A stretch of 64,000 nucleotides of DNA from a virus: positions 64,001 to 128,000 of IMG/VR virus record IMGVR_UViG_3300027987_000212; one strand, 5' to 3'. The notes beneath the pieces were generated by a model. It was not told where the DNA came from, made no database searches, and saw only the letters and a program-made list of their open reading frames with translations. Position 1 is the first letter of the stretch, and each line of letters starts with the position of its first letter. The position numbers and the translations under genes are program-made. This document shows positions 37,969 to 48,071 of the stretch, piece after piece.

Positions 37969-39845
37969 TAGGGTATCGATAGTTTGAAGCCAGCACTCAC
38001 ACCGACGCTACTACCAATACCGAAACCACCTCCTACAGACAAAGTCAACTCACCAAACGACCCCGCAGGTGCGGGACAAGGCGTACCGCCCAAGTTGCTT
38101 TGGCCGAAGCCAAGTAGCCGCTCAGCCGTCAAGTCGGACCGCGCCTGAGCAGAAGACCGCGCGCTGCCTGTGACATCCAGAATCCCATCCAGCGACACGA
38201 CGGCAAATGCGGAGGGCTTACCCCCGATAGCAAACGACGCACCACCAGCCAGCCCTGTTGTACTGGCACCGATGCCAATACCAGAACCAAACACTGTGGA
38301 GTCTTGCCGTGGCTTCAAGAAACGTTCGAATGCACTACGGTTGTCTTGTACACCCGCCAACGTGAACTTACTCGGGTCTTTGAACCCTGGGTCCCCTGCA
38401 GCCCCCAAACCACCGCCGTAGCCGCTCCCACCAAATGACCCAAAGCCGGCTTGCCCAAACCCTGGCCCAGATACAAAGTCACTGCGATAGCCGTAATCGG
38501 CATCCCCTGCCCCCTGCACAAAGCGGTTGTCTTTCTGCCGTTCATCTACGACAGACCTACCGTACACAGCACCCAACGGGTCTTGTGAAAGACTACTACT
38601 GTAACTCGTGGTAGGTTCAGCCAACGCAGACAATCCGTAGCCAAACCCAGCACCGCTCTGCGGCTGGAAGGTGGCCCCTAGCTTTGCGTCTACCCGCGCA
38701 GATAACCCGATACCGCTCAGTGCACTGGGGGTATCGAGGTTTGCCCCATAGCAAGACAGGAATGAGATAGCCGCGAAGAACAAGTCCTCAGCCTCGAGCT
38801 GGCTGCGTATCGTCGGGGTCAGTGAGTTAGGGATACTCCCGTCGCCAAATCCGAAGTACGTGTTCCCGTCCTGCCCCACGTACTCATCGATGTTGTTTGC
38901 GATGAGACTACGCAAAGGTCTTCCAGACCGAAACACTAGGTCTGTCAGGTTGATGCCCTCGACTTGGTCTGCTACTCGATTGATGGCTGCCTGCACATCC
39001 GGAGCAACTGCATACGTAGGGGGCATCTCGCGTAAGAACGCGCTGAGCTTTTTACGCTGACCAATGCCTCCCTCATTGATGATGTCACGAATATCGTTAC
39101 CCTTGACGCCCACACTCTCACTGTTGATGGTATCGAGCGCAGCCCCCTGATAGTGCACCGTCAGGTCTTCCGCAGCCCGGCCGCCTGTGAGCTCTATGCC
39201 CGGTGGTATGTACGCGCTAGCTCGTATCGGGAAGTTGGGGTCCCCGATGAACGAGACATTTCGGTAGCTAGTGATGAACATCTGGAAGTTCATCTGCACC
39301 AAGAATTGCTCCGTACTCAGCTTTACGGCAGCGCAATTGAGCATGTACCCCTCTACGATGTTGTCGTCGTAGAACAGGTACATGCGAGCTCCCAGCTCAA
39401 CCAGCCGCGTACCTCGGAAGTACTGCTCGTAGTTCTCCCACCACTCTGCCTCCCAGTTGAAGTCGTGCGAATTGATGAGAACGGCTTGCACGTTCAAGAA
39501 ACGCGGATTCTCTCCAAAGAAATGGATGTAGGACGCACCAAACGTCTCGACAACTTGGTGCTTCTCCATTCGTTGCTCCTGTACTTGCTGCAGGATGAAG
39601 TTAGCGTAACCGCTGGAGGTCTTGCCATCAGGACTGCTCGAGTCGGTAAGTGGTATCTCCGTACCGTCTGCTTGAATTACCTTCACTGCCCCGTAAGTGT
39701 CCTCCTTGAGCTCGAGTCCCCGCGTCGGTCGACGCGCTACCCGGCGACCAGCCCGACGACTCCTCGAACCACGCGACCTCTTTGCCTGCTGATTACTCAG
39801 CACTTGTTCGAACGCATCAGTAGTAAGCTCAACGAAGACGGCCAT
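37968..39845 (-). CDS. Baseplate/tube-initiator-like protein with Gly-rich C-terminus
   Basis: QEQRMEKHQVVETFG..YIHFFGENPR...GTRLVE.GA..YL.YD...VEGY; GFG-rich tail. Confidence 0.5.
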   Translation of the reverse strand: MAVFVELTTDAFEQVLSNQQAKRSRGSRSRRAGRRVARRPTRGLELKEDTYGAVKVIQADGTEIPLTDSSSPDGKTSSGYANFILQQVQEQRMEKHQVVETFGASYIHFFGENPRFLNVQAVLINSHDFNWEAEWWENYEQYFRGTRLVELGARMYLFYDDNIVEGYMLNCAAVKLSTEQFLVQMNFQMFITSYRNVSFIGDPNFPIRASAYIPPGIELTGGRAAEDLTVHYQGAALDTINSESVGVKGNDIRDIINEGGIGQRKKLSAFLREMPPTYAVAPDVQAAINRVADQVEGINLTDLVFRSGRPLRSLIANNIDEYVGQDGNTYFGFGDGSIPNSLTPTIRSQLEAEDLFFAAISFLSCYGANLDTPSALSGIGLSARVDAKLGATFQPQSGAGFGYGLSALAEPTTSYSSSLSQDPLGAVYGRSVVDERQKDNRFVQGAGDADYGYRSDFVSGPGFGQAGFGSFGGSGYGGGLGAAGDPGFKDPSKFTLAGVQDNRSAFERFLKPRQDSTVFGSGIGIGASTTGLAGGASFAIGGKPSAFAVVSLDGILDVTGSARSSAQARSDLTAERLLGFGQSNLGGTPCPAPAGSFGELTLSVGGGFGIGSSVGVSAGFKLSIP

Positions 39846-40111
39846 CAGATAATCACCGAAGACTTGATGAGGAAATCACGCACACTACGGTCTGGCGGCG
39901 TACCGTTGTACGCCTCTCCTGTTTGGATGGCAAAAGCAGCGGCCTTGACAAGGACCAGGTACGGGTCCTCCGGCAACACCTTGTCGCGCAGTACGAATTG
40001 GTAGATGCGCCCACCCCGGCGAATGTTGATGGGCACCTCAACCCTACCTGCGCCGCAACCCACGGGTTCAATGAAGGGGGTGGCCCCCGTCTGGTGTAGG
40101 AGTGAACGCAT
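39845..40111 (-). CDS. Small hypothetical (tail-region) protein
   Basis: coupled in tape-measure operon. Confidence 0.6.
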   Translation of the reverse strand: MRSLLHQTGATPFIEPVGCGAGRVEVPINIRRGGRIYQFVLRDKVLPEDPYLVLVKAAAFAIQTGEAYNGTPPDRSVRDFLIKSSVII

Positions 40112-40112
40112 A

Positions 40113-43100
40113 CTACCCTAGTAATCCGCCAAGGAAGCCCCCGCCAGCGTTTGCCTCGGCATTCGACGTCTTCTGCCAAGTGTCCATCACAGCACTAGCC
40201 ACAGACTTACCGGACTTCTCGATTGCAGTCTTCAACTCGTCGAGCTTCTTGTTCCGTTCTCGGTCGAGTGGGTTCTCCTCTTCCTGCCGAGCCAACTTTT
40301 GCTTTGTTTGTGCTTCCTGGAACTTACCCGCAACAGCTGTGATTCTGCTTGCAGCCGTACCAGACTCGCCCTTCATCGTACTCTCGATGGCCTTCGTCAG
40401 GTCTTCGCCCACCCCACCCTGCATAGACACGCCTGAGCTTTCAGCCAACGCAGTAGCAATGTCAGACGCGCTCCGCCCTTGCTTGACCATACTTTGGATG
40501 TCTTTGGTGTCCAGTCCCGTACCCAGCGCACTGGCGATGGCTGCGATACCCCCGCCCTTGCCGCGCTTTGACCCCCGCTCGATGCGTGCCTGCAACGAAG
40601 CCTGCCCCAACAACGTAGACCGAATATCGCCGGTACCGGCCGTACCCTGTAGGGCGGCTGCCATGCGGCGCTTCTCGTCAACACTCATCCCCGACAACTC
40701 ATCCTGCTCGAGCCCAACCATCTTCTGAATCTGCCCAAAGATGGCGCTCCGCTCTGAGTCAGTTTGCCCCGCTGTACCGAGTTTGGCCTCCAAGCCCTTA
40801 CGTACTGTCGTACTCTCGAGGAACTGCTGCGCAGCAGTCTGACGGTCGTTCCCGCGGAAGCCAATAGACGCCATTCGGTCGGAGACATCCGTGGACAACT
40901 GCAGCTTGCCCGTCTCTGCGTTGCGTTGCAGCACCCCGCCACGACGCATGGTGTCGACTTGCTCCCGCGCTGCCGCGCCGTAACGCTCGGCTGCCTCCGC
41001 CCGCGCACTCTCTTGCCCTGCGGCCGCGACCCCGCCAATGCCTCTAGCGCGCCGACTTACCTCATCTGCGGTGAGCCCCGACTCCTTGGCCAAACGCTGG
41101 GCCACCGCGCGCTGCTCTTGCGGGCTCCCGGCGCCGCCAAGTTCTTGGGCGAAAATCATGCTCTGTAGAGCACCCTTGCGCCCCTCTTCCTGGTCGGTCA
41201 GCTCCCCCTTTCGCTGCAGCCGAGTGAGCTCCTTCTCGATGGACGCACGCGCCTCCCGGCGCACGCCCTCATTCTGGTCGAGCGCGCGAAGCGCGTAGTC
41301 CCGCCCCTCGTCGCTTGCCAAGTACTCCCCCGCGCCGCGCACGGCTTTCTCCGACAAGCCCCGGTCGGCATACTTCCCACCGCCCATCGCCGACGCAAGC
41401 CCCCGTAACCCCAGAGTTTGGGTCATGAAGCGCATGGTACGGCCCTGCCCCGACGTACCGAACAGGGCAGAGCCCACCGCCGAGTCCCGCTCGCCCACCG
41501 TCGAGAAGTTACTCGAGCCGTAGATGCCCTGCATCTCCGGCGAGGCAAACATGCTGGACTCCCCCTCAATGCCTGCCGACTCCGTCAGCGTAGCCATGAT
41601 TTGCGCGCGTTCCTCCGCACCTGCCTTGCGGTACCGCTCTTCGAGCTTGGAGAACTGCCCGCCTTTGTCTTGAGCGAGGCGCCCGAGGGCGCCCCCAAAA
41701 CTAGACAAGCGCTGCATCCCCTTACCCTCTACCGCGCCGAGCGCAAACTGCCTCCGAAGGTCGTCACCAGCCTCTGCCCCCAGCTTGGCTACGTCTGCGC
41801 GTCCGCGTAGCTCCGAGCCACCAGTCTGAAAAGCAGTCGAAACACCCCGAACCATGTCCAGCCCACGCTGCAACTCAGCATTCGTTCGAGAGGTACCCAA
41901 GTTGTACCCCGCTGCCTGATACCGGTCGGCGTCGACCTCTCGAAAAGACTCGAGGTCTGTCCGCGCCTTCCCGCCCAAACCAAAGTCAGCACCGCGTCCA
42001 CCTCCACCGAAGAGGCTACCGCCAACCCCAAGTGTGCGCCGCATTGCCTCGGCACCAGTCGCTCCGCCCTTCATGCCCGTCTCGTACGCGCGAGATACAT
42101 CCCTGCGCAGCTCCTTGACGTAGTTACCCGTGAGCTTGTTGATGGTACCTTCTACTAAGCCAGACATGTCCGTGTAGAAGTCCGCACCAACTTGCTGCAG
42201 CGTAGCCTGCACATCAGCTCGAGCTTTCTCGAACTTGTGCTTCAACCCTTCGATACCTGTGTGTGACTGACGCTGCTTCAACTTCTGTGCAAAGTCTTCG
42301 TCAGTTGCTGACTGCTTGCGCTGCTCCAGCATTGCTGGGAGTGCTTGAATCTGCTTCATCATCACATCGGCCTCATCGCGTCCAAGGCCTAGTCGACGCT
42401 GCATGAAAATCATGGAGCGGTCGTTACCCTCGTCCAAGTTCATCCCACGCTCATCCAGCCAGTTCTTCATCACCATGGCTGGCAGCAGACCACCAAAGCG
42501 CTCCATCGCAGCGCCGCGCAATCGACCTTCATTGCGAATGAAGTCTGCACGACCTACCTTCGACATGTTCTTCTGCCACATTTGGCGAGTCCGTTCCGTG
42601 CCGACGCCTCCGGACATGTACTCTTCGACATCGCCTTCATTGAGGCGCCCGCCTTTGCCTGCAACGGAAGCCAAGAAACGTCGCCCAAGCCCGCCCTTCA
42701 AGAATTGCGCAGTAGAACTCAACTGCTGCGTAGCCAACGCACGACGTCCTTCCGCCCCAGCCAACCCAGTAGCGTTGTAGATGTCCTCCTCACTCAAAGC
42801 ACCAGCCTGCTGAGCAACTCCGATGTTTGTCATCGTCTCGAGCCCAGCCTGTGCCCCCGCACTACCCAGACCGCCTATAGAGCGCGAAATCTGTGAACCA
42901 ATGTTCATCATGCCCGTCAACTCTGACGTTGCAAGACCACCAGCCCTAGCGCCGCTGCGAATCTTACGCGCAAACGACGTAGCCTGCTGATTGCCGAATA
43001 CGCCGCTTGAGCGCATCTCGCTCATCATCTTCTGCGCCTCTTCGAGGCTAGTACCCATCTCCGAAGCAATTTCCTTCAGAGACTTCACCATGGTGCGGAA

Positions 43101-43691
43101 CTTCTCGGTGAACTGCTTGGCATCACGCACACCTTGGTCCATGCCCATACGACCCATGTTGGTCGCAAGTCGTCCTAGTTCCTCGAAGCCCACCATTTCC
43201 CCCGCCTGCCCAGACTCCGTACTCATCTGGCGGAGAGACCCGCCAATGTCGCTCAGCTGCCCACGCGTGAACCCGTAACCGCCCTGCGGATTCGAGAACT
43301 GGTAGGTAGAGCGCATCAAGCCGTTGAACTGTTGCTGGCCTCGAGCACCTTCAAGCATCTGCCCGCCCGTATACGTCAGACCTGCCAAGGCGCCACTGGC
43401 TAAACCAAAAGCACCTAGCCCTGCTGCCCCCGCACCAAGTGCACCAAATCGGGAGCCGCCCATACCAGCCTTCAAGGCTAAAGACATGGGGTCCAGCCCA
43501 GCCATACCAAGACCCAAGGCCATGCCGGGGCCGGCAACGGCCGAGCCCACGTTGAGGGCGCGACCAACAACCCCCTCCGCCTCCGAGGCGCCACTCTGCG
43601 GCACGTTCAGCATTGAAGCGTGCTGCATTTGCATCATGTACTGTTGTTGGAAAGCCCCGCCCATCTGGGCAATCTCAGCCGAGGAAATCAC
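40113..43691 (-). CDS. Tape measure-like protein, 1192 aa
   Basis: long Ala/Gly/Met-rich helical protein, N-terminal hydrophobic segments, upstream of hub genes. Confidence 0.75.
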   Translation of the reverse strand: MISSAEIAQMGGAFQQQYMMQMQHASMLNVPQSGASEAEGVVGRALNVGSAVAGPGMALGLGMAGLDPMSLALKAGMGGSRFGALGAGAAGLGAFGLASGALAGLTYTGGQMLEGARGQQQFNGLMRSTYQFSNPQGGYGFTRGQLSDIGGSLRQMSTESGQAGEMVGFEELGRLATNMGRMGMDQGVRDAKQFTEKFRTMVKSLKEIASEMGTSLEEAQKMMSEMRSSGVFGNQQATSFARKIRSGARAGGLATSELTGMMNIGSQISRSIGGLGSAGAQAGLETMTNIGVAQQAGALSEEDIYNATGLAGAEGRRALATQQLSSTAQFLKGGLGRRFLASVAGKGGRLNEGDVEEYMSGGVGTERTRQMWQKNMSKVGRADFIRNEGRLRGAAMERFGGLLPAMVMKNWLDERGMNLDEGNDRSMIFMQRRLGLGRDEADVMMKQIQALPAMLEQRKQSATDEDFAQKLKQRQSHTGIEGLKHKFEKARADVQATLQQVGADFYTDMSGLVEGTINKLTGNYVKELRRDVSRAYETGMKGGATGAEAMRRTLGVGGSLFGGGGRGADFGLGGKARTDLESFREVDADRYQAAGYNLGTSRTNAELQRGLDMVRGVSTAFQTGGSELRGRADVAKLGAEAGDDLRRQFALGAVEGKGMQRLSSFGGALGRLAQDKGGQFSKLEERYRKAGAEERAQIMATLTESAGIEGESSMFASPEMQGIYGSSNFSTVGERDSAVGSALFGTSGQGRTMRFMTQTLGLRGLASAMGGGKYADRGLSEKAVRGAGEYLASDEGRDYALRALDQNEGVRREARASIEKELTRLQRKGELTDQEEGRKGALQSMIFAQELGGAGSPQEQRAVAQRLAKESGLTADEVSRRARGIGGVAAAGQESARAEAAERYGAAAREQVDTMRRGGVLQRNAETGKLQLSTDVSDRMASIGFRGNDRQTAAQQFLESTTVRKGLEAKLGTAGQTDSERSAIFGQIQKMVGLEQDELSGMSVDEKRRMAAALQGTAGTGDIRSTLLGQASLQARIERGSKRGKGGGIAAIASALGTGLDTKDIQSMVKQGRSASDIATALAESSGVSMQGGVGEDLTKAIESTMKGESGTAASRITAVAGKFQEAQTKQKLARQEEENPLDRERNKKLDELKTAIEKSGKSVASAVMDTWQKTSNAEANAGGGFLGGLLG

Positions 43692-43705
43692 GACCGTACT
43701 CTACC
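43692..43705 (-). promoter_or_regulatory. GGTAGAGT -10-like element, 6 nt before GTG
   Basis: tgGTAGAGT-acggtc-GTG(43691), no SD. Confidence 0.65.
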
Positions 43706-43736
43706 ACGAGTACCCGCGGCAAAAAGACCGAACAGC

Positions 43737-43905
43737 GGGGATAAGAACAGTGGACGGTATGCCTACCCCAGTGGCTGGGGCAGGAGGCTTCTCTCGGTTG
43801 CTCCTAGGGAGTCCAGACCTTGTCCACTGAAGTGCTGCTCAGCTCAGGGCTACTGGGTAGCACTTCTTTAGCCACGCAATTGCCGAGCTACTTCCGGGAT
43901 AAGAA
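43737..43905 (+). promoter_or_regulatory. Two GGGATAAGAAC motifs upstream of plus-strand island
   Basis: GGGGATAAGAAC at 43737 and CGGGATAAGAAC at 43895. Confidence 0.6.
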
Positions 43906-43927
43906 CTACGAAAGGAGCAACCACAAC

Positions 43928-44164
43928 ATGTTACTACAAGTTGGCGCACTGTACGCGGGCATACGTGCAGCAACCTACGTTATCGAGCGGGTACTACTAC
44001 CTCTGAAAGGAATCAAGAGAGACGGGAGCACGACATTCGTAGAACGAACCATACTGGTGACGGCAGAGGAAGACCAGCGACTCAACGACGGTCCCTGGGG
44101 GGCTGTCCTCCGCGCAGGAGCGCAGCGCGCAGCAGACTATGCTGCCGTTAAGGGGGACGCGTGA
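43928..44164 (+). CDS. Small hypothetical protein
   Basis: AAGGAG SD before ATG 43928. Confidence 0.6.
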   Translation: MLLQVGALYAGIRAATYVIERVLLPLKGIKRDGSTTFVERTILVTAEEDQRLNDGPWGAVLRAGAQRAADYAAVKGDA

Positions 44165-44556
44165 ACGAGAACAGTACAGCCACTACTGACGACTCAGGCG
44201 AAGGACGGGCACGCCCCCCGAGAAAGTCTGCGGAACCGCTCACTCACAGCCCCTTCGCAAACATCCACGATGTACTGCGCAAAAACGGACTTCGCCCACC
44301 GCGCATCATCAGTACACCCCCACCAAGTCAACCCGTCCGGAGAACACTCAACATGATGGACCACACCATTCACACAGTCCACGCCCCAACAAACACAGAC
44401 CAAGAATCCTTGCCCGAAGTTCCCGAACCTGCCGGGCGCGTGCGCATCTTCAACAACGCAACGACACGCAAAGTGCTCATCACAACACTCTCAGTAGGAT
44501 GTCTCGCAGTTATCGCTTTCGGTGTGCGTCAGTTACTTCGTAGAGGTGGTGGATGA
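44161..44556 (+). CDS. C-terminally anchored membrane protein
   Basis: disordered N-terminus, C-terminal TM. Confidence 0.6.
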   Translation: MNENSTATTDDSGEGRARPPRKSAEPLTHSPFANIHDVLRKNGLRPPRIISTPPPSQPVRRTLNMMDHTIHTVHAPTNTDQESLPEVPEPAGRVRIFNNATTRKVLITTLSVGCLAVIAFGVRQLLRRGGG

Positions 44557-45179
44557 ACTGCTACACCATCTACGAAGCAGCGGCTGAGGGCATCCGCGTC
44601 ACCCACGCTGAGGAAGGGTCCTATGTCGCGGTAGGCTCCGTCCGAGTGCCAGTGAGTGCGGATATACATGAGGCTGTCTCAGAGGTCATGCAAACAGCAC
44701 GACAGCAGCTAGCAGAGCACGCTGAGGAAATGGGGGTTGACCAGGTAGAAGCGTGTCACGCTCTTCTGCGCGCAAACTGGGTGCTGCTGCCTCATGCGCG
44801 CGTCAACAACGGAGTCATCTGCCGAAGGGGCTCCGACCGAGCTAATCGACGTAGCGCACTCGTACAAGTTGACGTAGGTGTCGGTGCCGGCGCCAATGGC
44901 CGGGTCTACTACAACGCGCGTACCTACCGCGAGCAGCTGCGTGGAGAAGGCCCGAGCGCCCACGTCGATATCCAGTACGACCAATTCCCCCCTCCGGGAA
45001 TCGAGGTACTGGCAGAAGATGGGCACTCGAAGCTCATCATCATGCGTCCACAGAGCGGGTTCAGGATTGTCCGGGCAGGTTTGCTCGAGGACGCGCCGCC
45101 GCGCCTTCTGACGACTTGGACGGGCTCAAACCTGTGGGTGCGGGGCGAGTACCCGCAGCGTCGCCGAGACGCGGCGTAG
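44553..45179 (+). CDS. Hypothetical protein
   Basis: GAGGTGG SD, coupling. Confidence 0.6.
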   Translation: MNCYTIYEAAAEGIRVTHAEEGSYVAVGSVRVPVSADIHEAVSEVMQTARQQLAEHAEEMGVDQVEACHALLRANWVLLPHARVNNGVICRRGSDRANRRSALVQVDVGVGAGANGRVYYNARTYREQLRGEGPSAHVDIQYDQFPPPGIEVLAEDGHSKLIIMRPQSGFRIVRAGLLEDAPPRLLTTWTGSNLWVRGEYPQRRRDAA

Positions 45180-45492
45180 TGGTTGGGGAGGGGGGTGAGC
45201 TACCCTCCTCCTCTTTAGCCGCCTGTTCCGGGCCTGTGCTCCCACCCTTCTTTCGCGGCTTGCGGGTAGTTGCATCTTTTACGCAACGGATAGCCTTGAT
45301 GTAGTTCTTGATGGCCTTCTCGCACTTCTCGCAGACGACACCAAACGAGATTGTCGTCGTTACCCGTTTACCATCTACCCCAAGCTCCGAGCTCGTAAAC
45401 TCGGCGTCCAGCATGGCGGTTTCTTCATCCTTGTCTTGGAACCACTTTCGGCGGCATCGGTCACACTGGTACTCAACTACTGGGCGTTTCAT
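45061..45492 (-). CDS. Zn-ribbon protein
   Basis: YQCDRC ... VCEKC; GGAGG SD before ATG 45492. Confidence 0.65.
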   Translation of the reverse strand: MKRPVVEYQCDRCRRKWFQDKDEETAMLDAEFTSSELGVDGKRVTTTISFGVVCEKCEKAIKNYIKAIRCVKDATTRKPRKKGGSTGPEQAAKEEEGSSPPSPTTTPRLGDAAGTRPAPTGLSPSKSSEGAAARPRANLPGQS

Positions 45493-45721
45493 GGCGGTCC
45501 TCCATCGTACTTGCGGCGGTCGAGTGAGTCTTCCACCAAATGTAGGTCTTGAGCATGGCCACCTCAGGCCCAATGAGGGGACTGTCCCCAACCTTGCTTT
45601 GGAAGAAGTCATTGAACGCTGCTAGGTCTTGGTTTACCCAAACCTCCAGCTCAGGACCGGGTATACTCGCTACAGGTACCTCAGTACCATCATCCTCAAA
45701 AACCTTCACTACTAGTCGCAT
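45473..45721 (-). CDS. Small hypothetical protein
   Basis: globular composition. Confidence 0.6.
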   Translation of the reverse strand: MRLVVKVFEDDGTEVPVASIPGPELEVWVNQDLAAFNDFFQSKVGDSPLIGPEVAMLKTYIWWKTHSTAASTMEDRHETPSS

Positions 45722-45742
45722 CCTGTACTAGTACCCCGTAGC

Positions 45743-46186
45743 ATGCAACACGGCAAGACCATGCGGGCACTAACGACCCAAGACGCCACTGAACTCGCTC
45801 AATTGGAGATACGGCTGTTTCCAGACAACTGCCTCAACGAGACAACCCTAAGAAATGAGATATCCCGTGGGGTTGGTTGGGCCATACTCGACAACCAAGG
45901 ACAACTAGCTGGATATGCGCTAGGCGTGTTCAGCGAAGCAAGCCAACTGTTTGACCTACTTCGACTAGGGGTCGTACCTGGGCACCGCCGACAAGGGCAC
46001 GGTCGCGCGCTGCTGCGCGCAGCCACTACAAGCTTCCCGAGGTGCATGCTTACCGTAGCTGCAGAGAACCAGGCGGCGCGCACACTTTACCACAACGAAG
46101 GGTTCAAACTACTGGGCGTACTACCAAGCGGGGCACTCCTGTTGTGGGTCACTTCATCGACACCAGCCGGTACTGCTTCCCGCTAG
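45743..46186 (+). CDS. GNAT acetyltransferase (RimI-like)
   Basis: LRLGVVPGHRRQGHGRALL motif A; LTVAAENQAARTLY...GF motif B. Confidence 0.85.
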   Translation: MQHGKTMRALTTQDATELAQLEIRLFPDNCLNETTLRNEISRGVGWAILDNQGQLAGYALGVFSEASQLFDLLRLGVVPGHRRQGHGRALLRAATTSFPRCMLTVAAENQAARTLYHNEGFKLLGVLPSGALLLWVTSSTPAGTASR

Positions 46187-46367
46187 TGGTGCGATGCACA
46201 GTCGTGCCGTTTGGGAGGGTAACTACCTGGGTCGCCTGACCGTTACCTGGTAGCAACAGCTTTCCCACGTTGTTCCCCCCACGCAGCACCGCGGTACCAT
46301 CTTGTAGCTTACGCACTGGCTTCCTTCGAGTCTCCATAGTCTCCTCCAAACGTTCTAACGGTGTCAT
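46149..46367 (-). CDS. Small basic protein
   Basis: ORF track; beta-hairpin repeats (DGT/NGT). Confidence 0.5.
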   Translation of the reverse strand: MTPLERLEETMETRRKPVRKLQDGTAVLRGGNNVGKLLLPGNGQATQVVTLPNGTTVHRTTSGKQYRLVSMK

Positions 46368-46701
46368 CTTCTACTGTACCAGACAGCGCAAGAGTGGCTA
46401 GGCGCTCCTCCGTGGGGTGACCCGCAAGCCACGCTTTGCGCGCCGCATCGTTGTCGAGTAGCTCGTCGCACTCCTTGTAGTATTGGAGAATCAACTCGTC
46501 GGTAACACCTGGGAGGCCGCAGACGACCTTACGCAGCACAAGCAGGTGTCTGTCGTTTATCTGCAGTGCACTCTGCAGTACTCGAGCAAGGTGCCTATTC
46601 TCAGCCTCCAGTGCGTCGAGGCGTGCCCTTACGCCGGGGGCGGGGTCCCCTACTGGTTTGGTTGGTTTGCGGCGGGACTTCTTGGATGGGTGCTGGGTCA
46701 T
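46309..46701 (-). CDS. Hypothetical protein
   Basis: GAGG SD; coiled-coil. Confidence 0.55.
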   Translation of the reverse strand: MTQHPSKKSRRKPTKPVGDPAPGVRARLDALEAENRHLARVLQSALQINDRHLLVLRKVVCGLPGVTDELILQYYKECDELLDNDAARKAWLAGHPTEERLATLALSGTVEDDTVRTFGGDYGDSKEASA

Positions 46702-46954
46702 CTTTCCTCATGAACGCAAAGTTCCTCATCTCGTGCTCTAGCTCTATACGCTGCTTGGCCAGCACCTCTAGGTACTGTTCGAAAGCAACCTCTGGCACGG
46801 AAGAGTCGACTTGTAGAACTTCCTGGCAAACTAGTCGCTGCGGCGCCATGCCGGAAGCATCCGGCAAGAATCGATGATGTAGCAAAGTCATCACCTCCTC
46901 GATGATGGCTTTTCGGTAAGCGAGCGCGGCGTACTCGGGGTCTGTGTGCATCAT
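46601..46954 (-). CDS. Hypothetical protein
   Basis: coupled to 46951..47607. Confidence 0.55.
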   Translation of the reverse strand: MMHTDPEYAALAYRKAIIEEVMTLLHHRFLPDASGMAPQRLVCQEVLQVDSSVPEVAFEQYLEVLAKQRIELEHEMRNFAFMRKDDPAPIQEVPPQTNQTSRGPRPRRKGTPRRTGG

Positions 46955-47607
46955 GCCCTCAGAAACGCCAGGATGCGACCGTACAAGTCAGCCCCGGCAG
47001 AAGTGTCCTTGATGATGTTGGCCAGCGGGTAGATAGACGTAATCCGCTTGCCCCGTACACCGTTCATCAACTCCCCGCCCTTGAAATGCTCCCGCTCCTT
47101 AGTGGTAGCCCTGACAAGCGATTGAGGGTGGTACTTCAGTACTAGGTCTGCGTTGCAGCCTAGCTGATGGTAGTACTTGAGTAAGACCGTTGCCCAGTTC
47201 TGTGTAGTCAGCACAAAGAGCAGCTGACCAATCCCCTGCTCTCCAGGCCATACTTGGCCACAGGCAGAGCATACTAGGTTGCCGAGCACATGACCCTCAC
47301 TACCGATAAACGCGGAGCAGTCATTCTTGTTCAAGTGCTTACCCGGGCAGAGGTGCATCATGGCGTCCCCGCCCCCATGCAGCTTCGACCCGCTCTCCCA
47401 AAAGGTTAGGCACCCTGGAGAAGGTCCGTACGCCGCACGTCGGTGACCAAGAAGAAGCTCCACCTTGTACCGAGCTTTGCCTGCTTCCTGGAATATCTTA
47501 TCCAGGGCCTTCTTACGCCCCTCTATGGCAGCCTGCTCGTCCTCAGACAACACCCCTTGAAGATAGGGGTTCCCCAAGTCCTCGAATGCAGTAGCCTTGA
47601 CCTTCAT
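46951..47607 (-). CDS. Conserved-looking phage protein with Zn-binding Cys
   Basis: HLCPG...C...VCSACG; IYPLANIIKD. Confidence 0.6.
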   Translation of the reverse strand: MKVKATAFEDLGNPYLQGVLSEDEQAAIEGRKKALDKIFQEAGKARYKVELLLGHRRAAYGPSPGCLTFWESGSKLHGGGDAMMHLCPGKHLNKNDCSAFIGSEGHVLGNLVCSACGQVWPGEQGIGQLLFVLTTQNWATVLLKYYHQLGCNADLVLKYHPQSLVRATTKEREHFKGGELMNGVRGKRITSIYPLANIIKDTSAGADLYGRILAFLRA

Positions 47608-48071
47608 CGCGCACTCCGCGGACGAAACTGCGCACCGACCACTGCCTCCTCTATCGGTACCGCCCCTTTTCCGTTAGCTCCTTGGTTGCGTAACGCAGAC
47701 CCATACAAGGGGGCTTCTGTTACTTGCACTGACTCCGGGTTGTGGCTGAGGTACGTCTGCATCCAAGCTTGGTAGATATCGAAAGCCCCCTCCTTGGTCA
47801 GCTCCTTGCTCTGCAGTATCACGCGCCAAGTGAAGTACAACCCGCCTCGACGAAAGTACTGCTTGGAGATGTCTACGGACCAGTCAGCCCCCTCCGCTGC
47901 CTCGAGAGCAGCGTCTACCAAGCTCAACCATACCGTCGTCGTAGGCGCTCCCAAAGGCACCCTTCCAGTGAACCGGACACGTCCAGAGCTGATACTTTCC
48001 GAAGTTACCTCGAACTGACACCTGTTGCGCAGAAAGGTGTACAAGGGTGCAAACAACGTCTCTTGGCTCAT
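47604..48071 (-). CDS. Hypothetical protein
   Basis: VDISKQYF...YFTWRVIL; ATGA coupling at 48068-48071. Confidence 0.6.
   Translation of the reverse strand: MSQETLFAPLYTFLRNRCQFEVTSESISSGRVRFTGRVPLGAPTTTVWLSLVDAALEAAEGADWSVDISKQYFRRGGLYFTWRVILQSKELTKEGAFDIYQAWMQTYLSHNPESVQVTEAPLYGSALRNQGANGKGAVPIEEAVVGAQFRPRSAR

Noticed and set aside
43820-43927. TTG start at 43820
   Set aside because: ATG 43928 has an AAGGAG SD and follows the second GGGATAAGAAC motif
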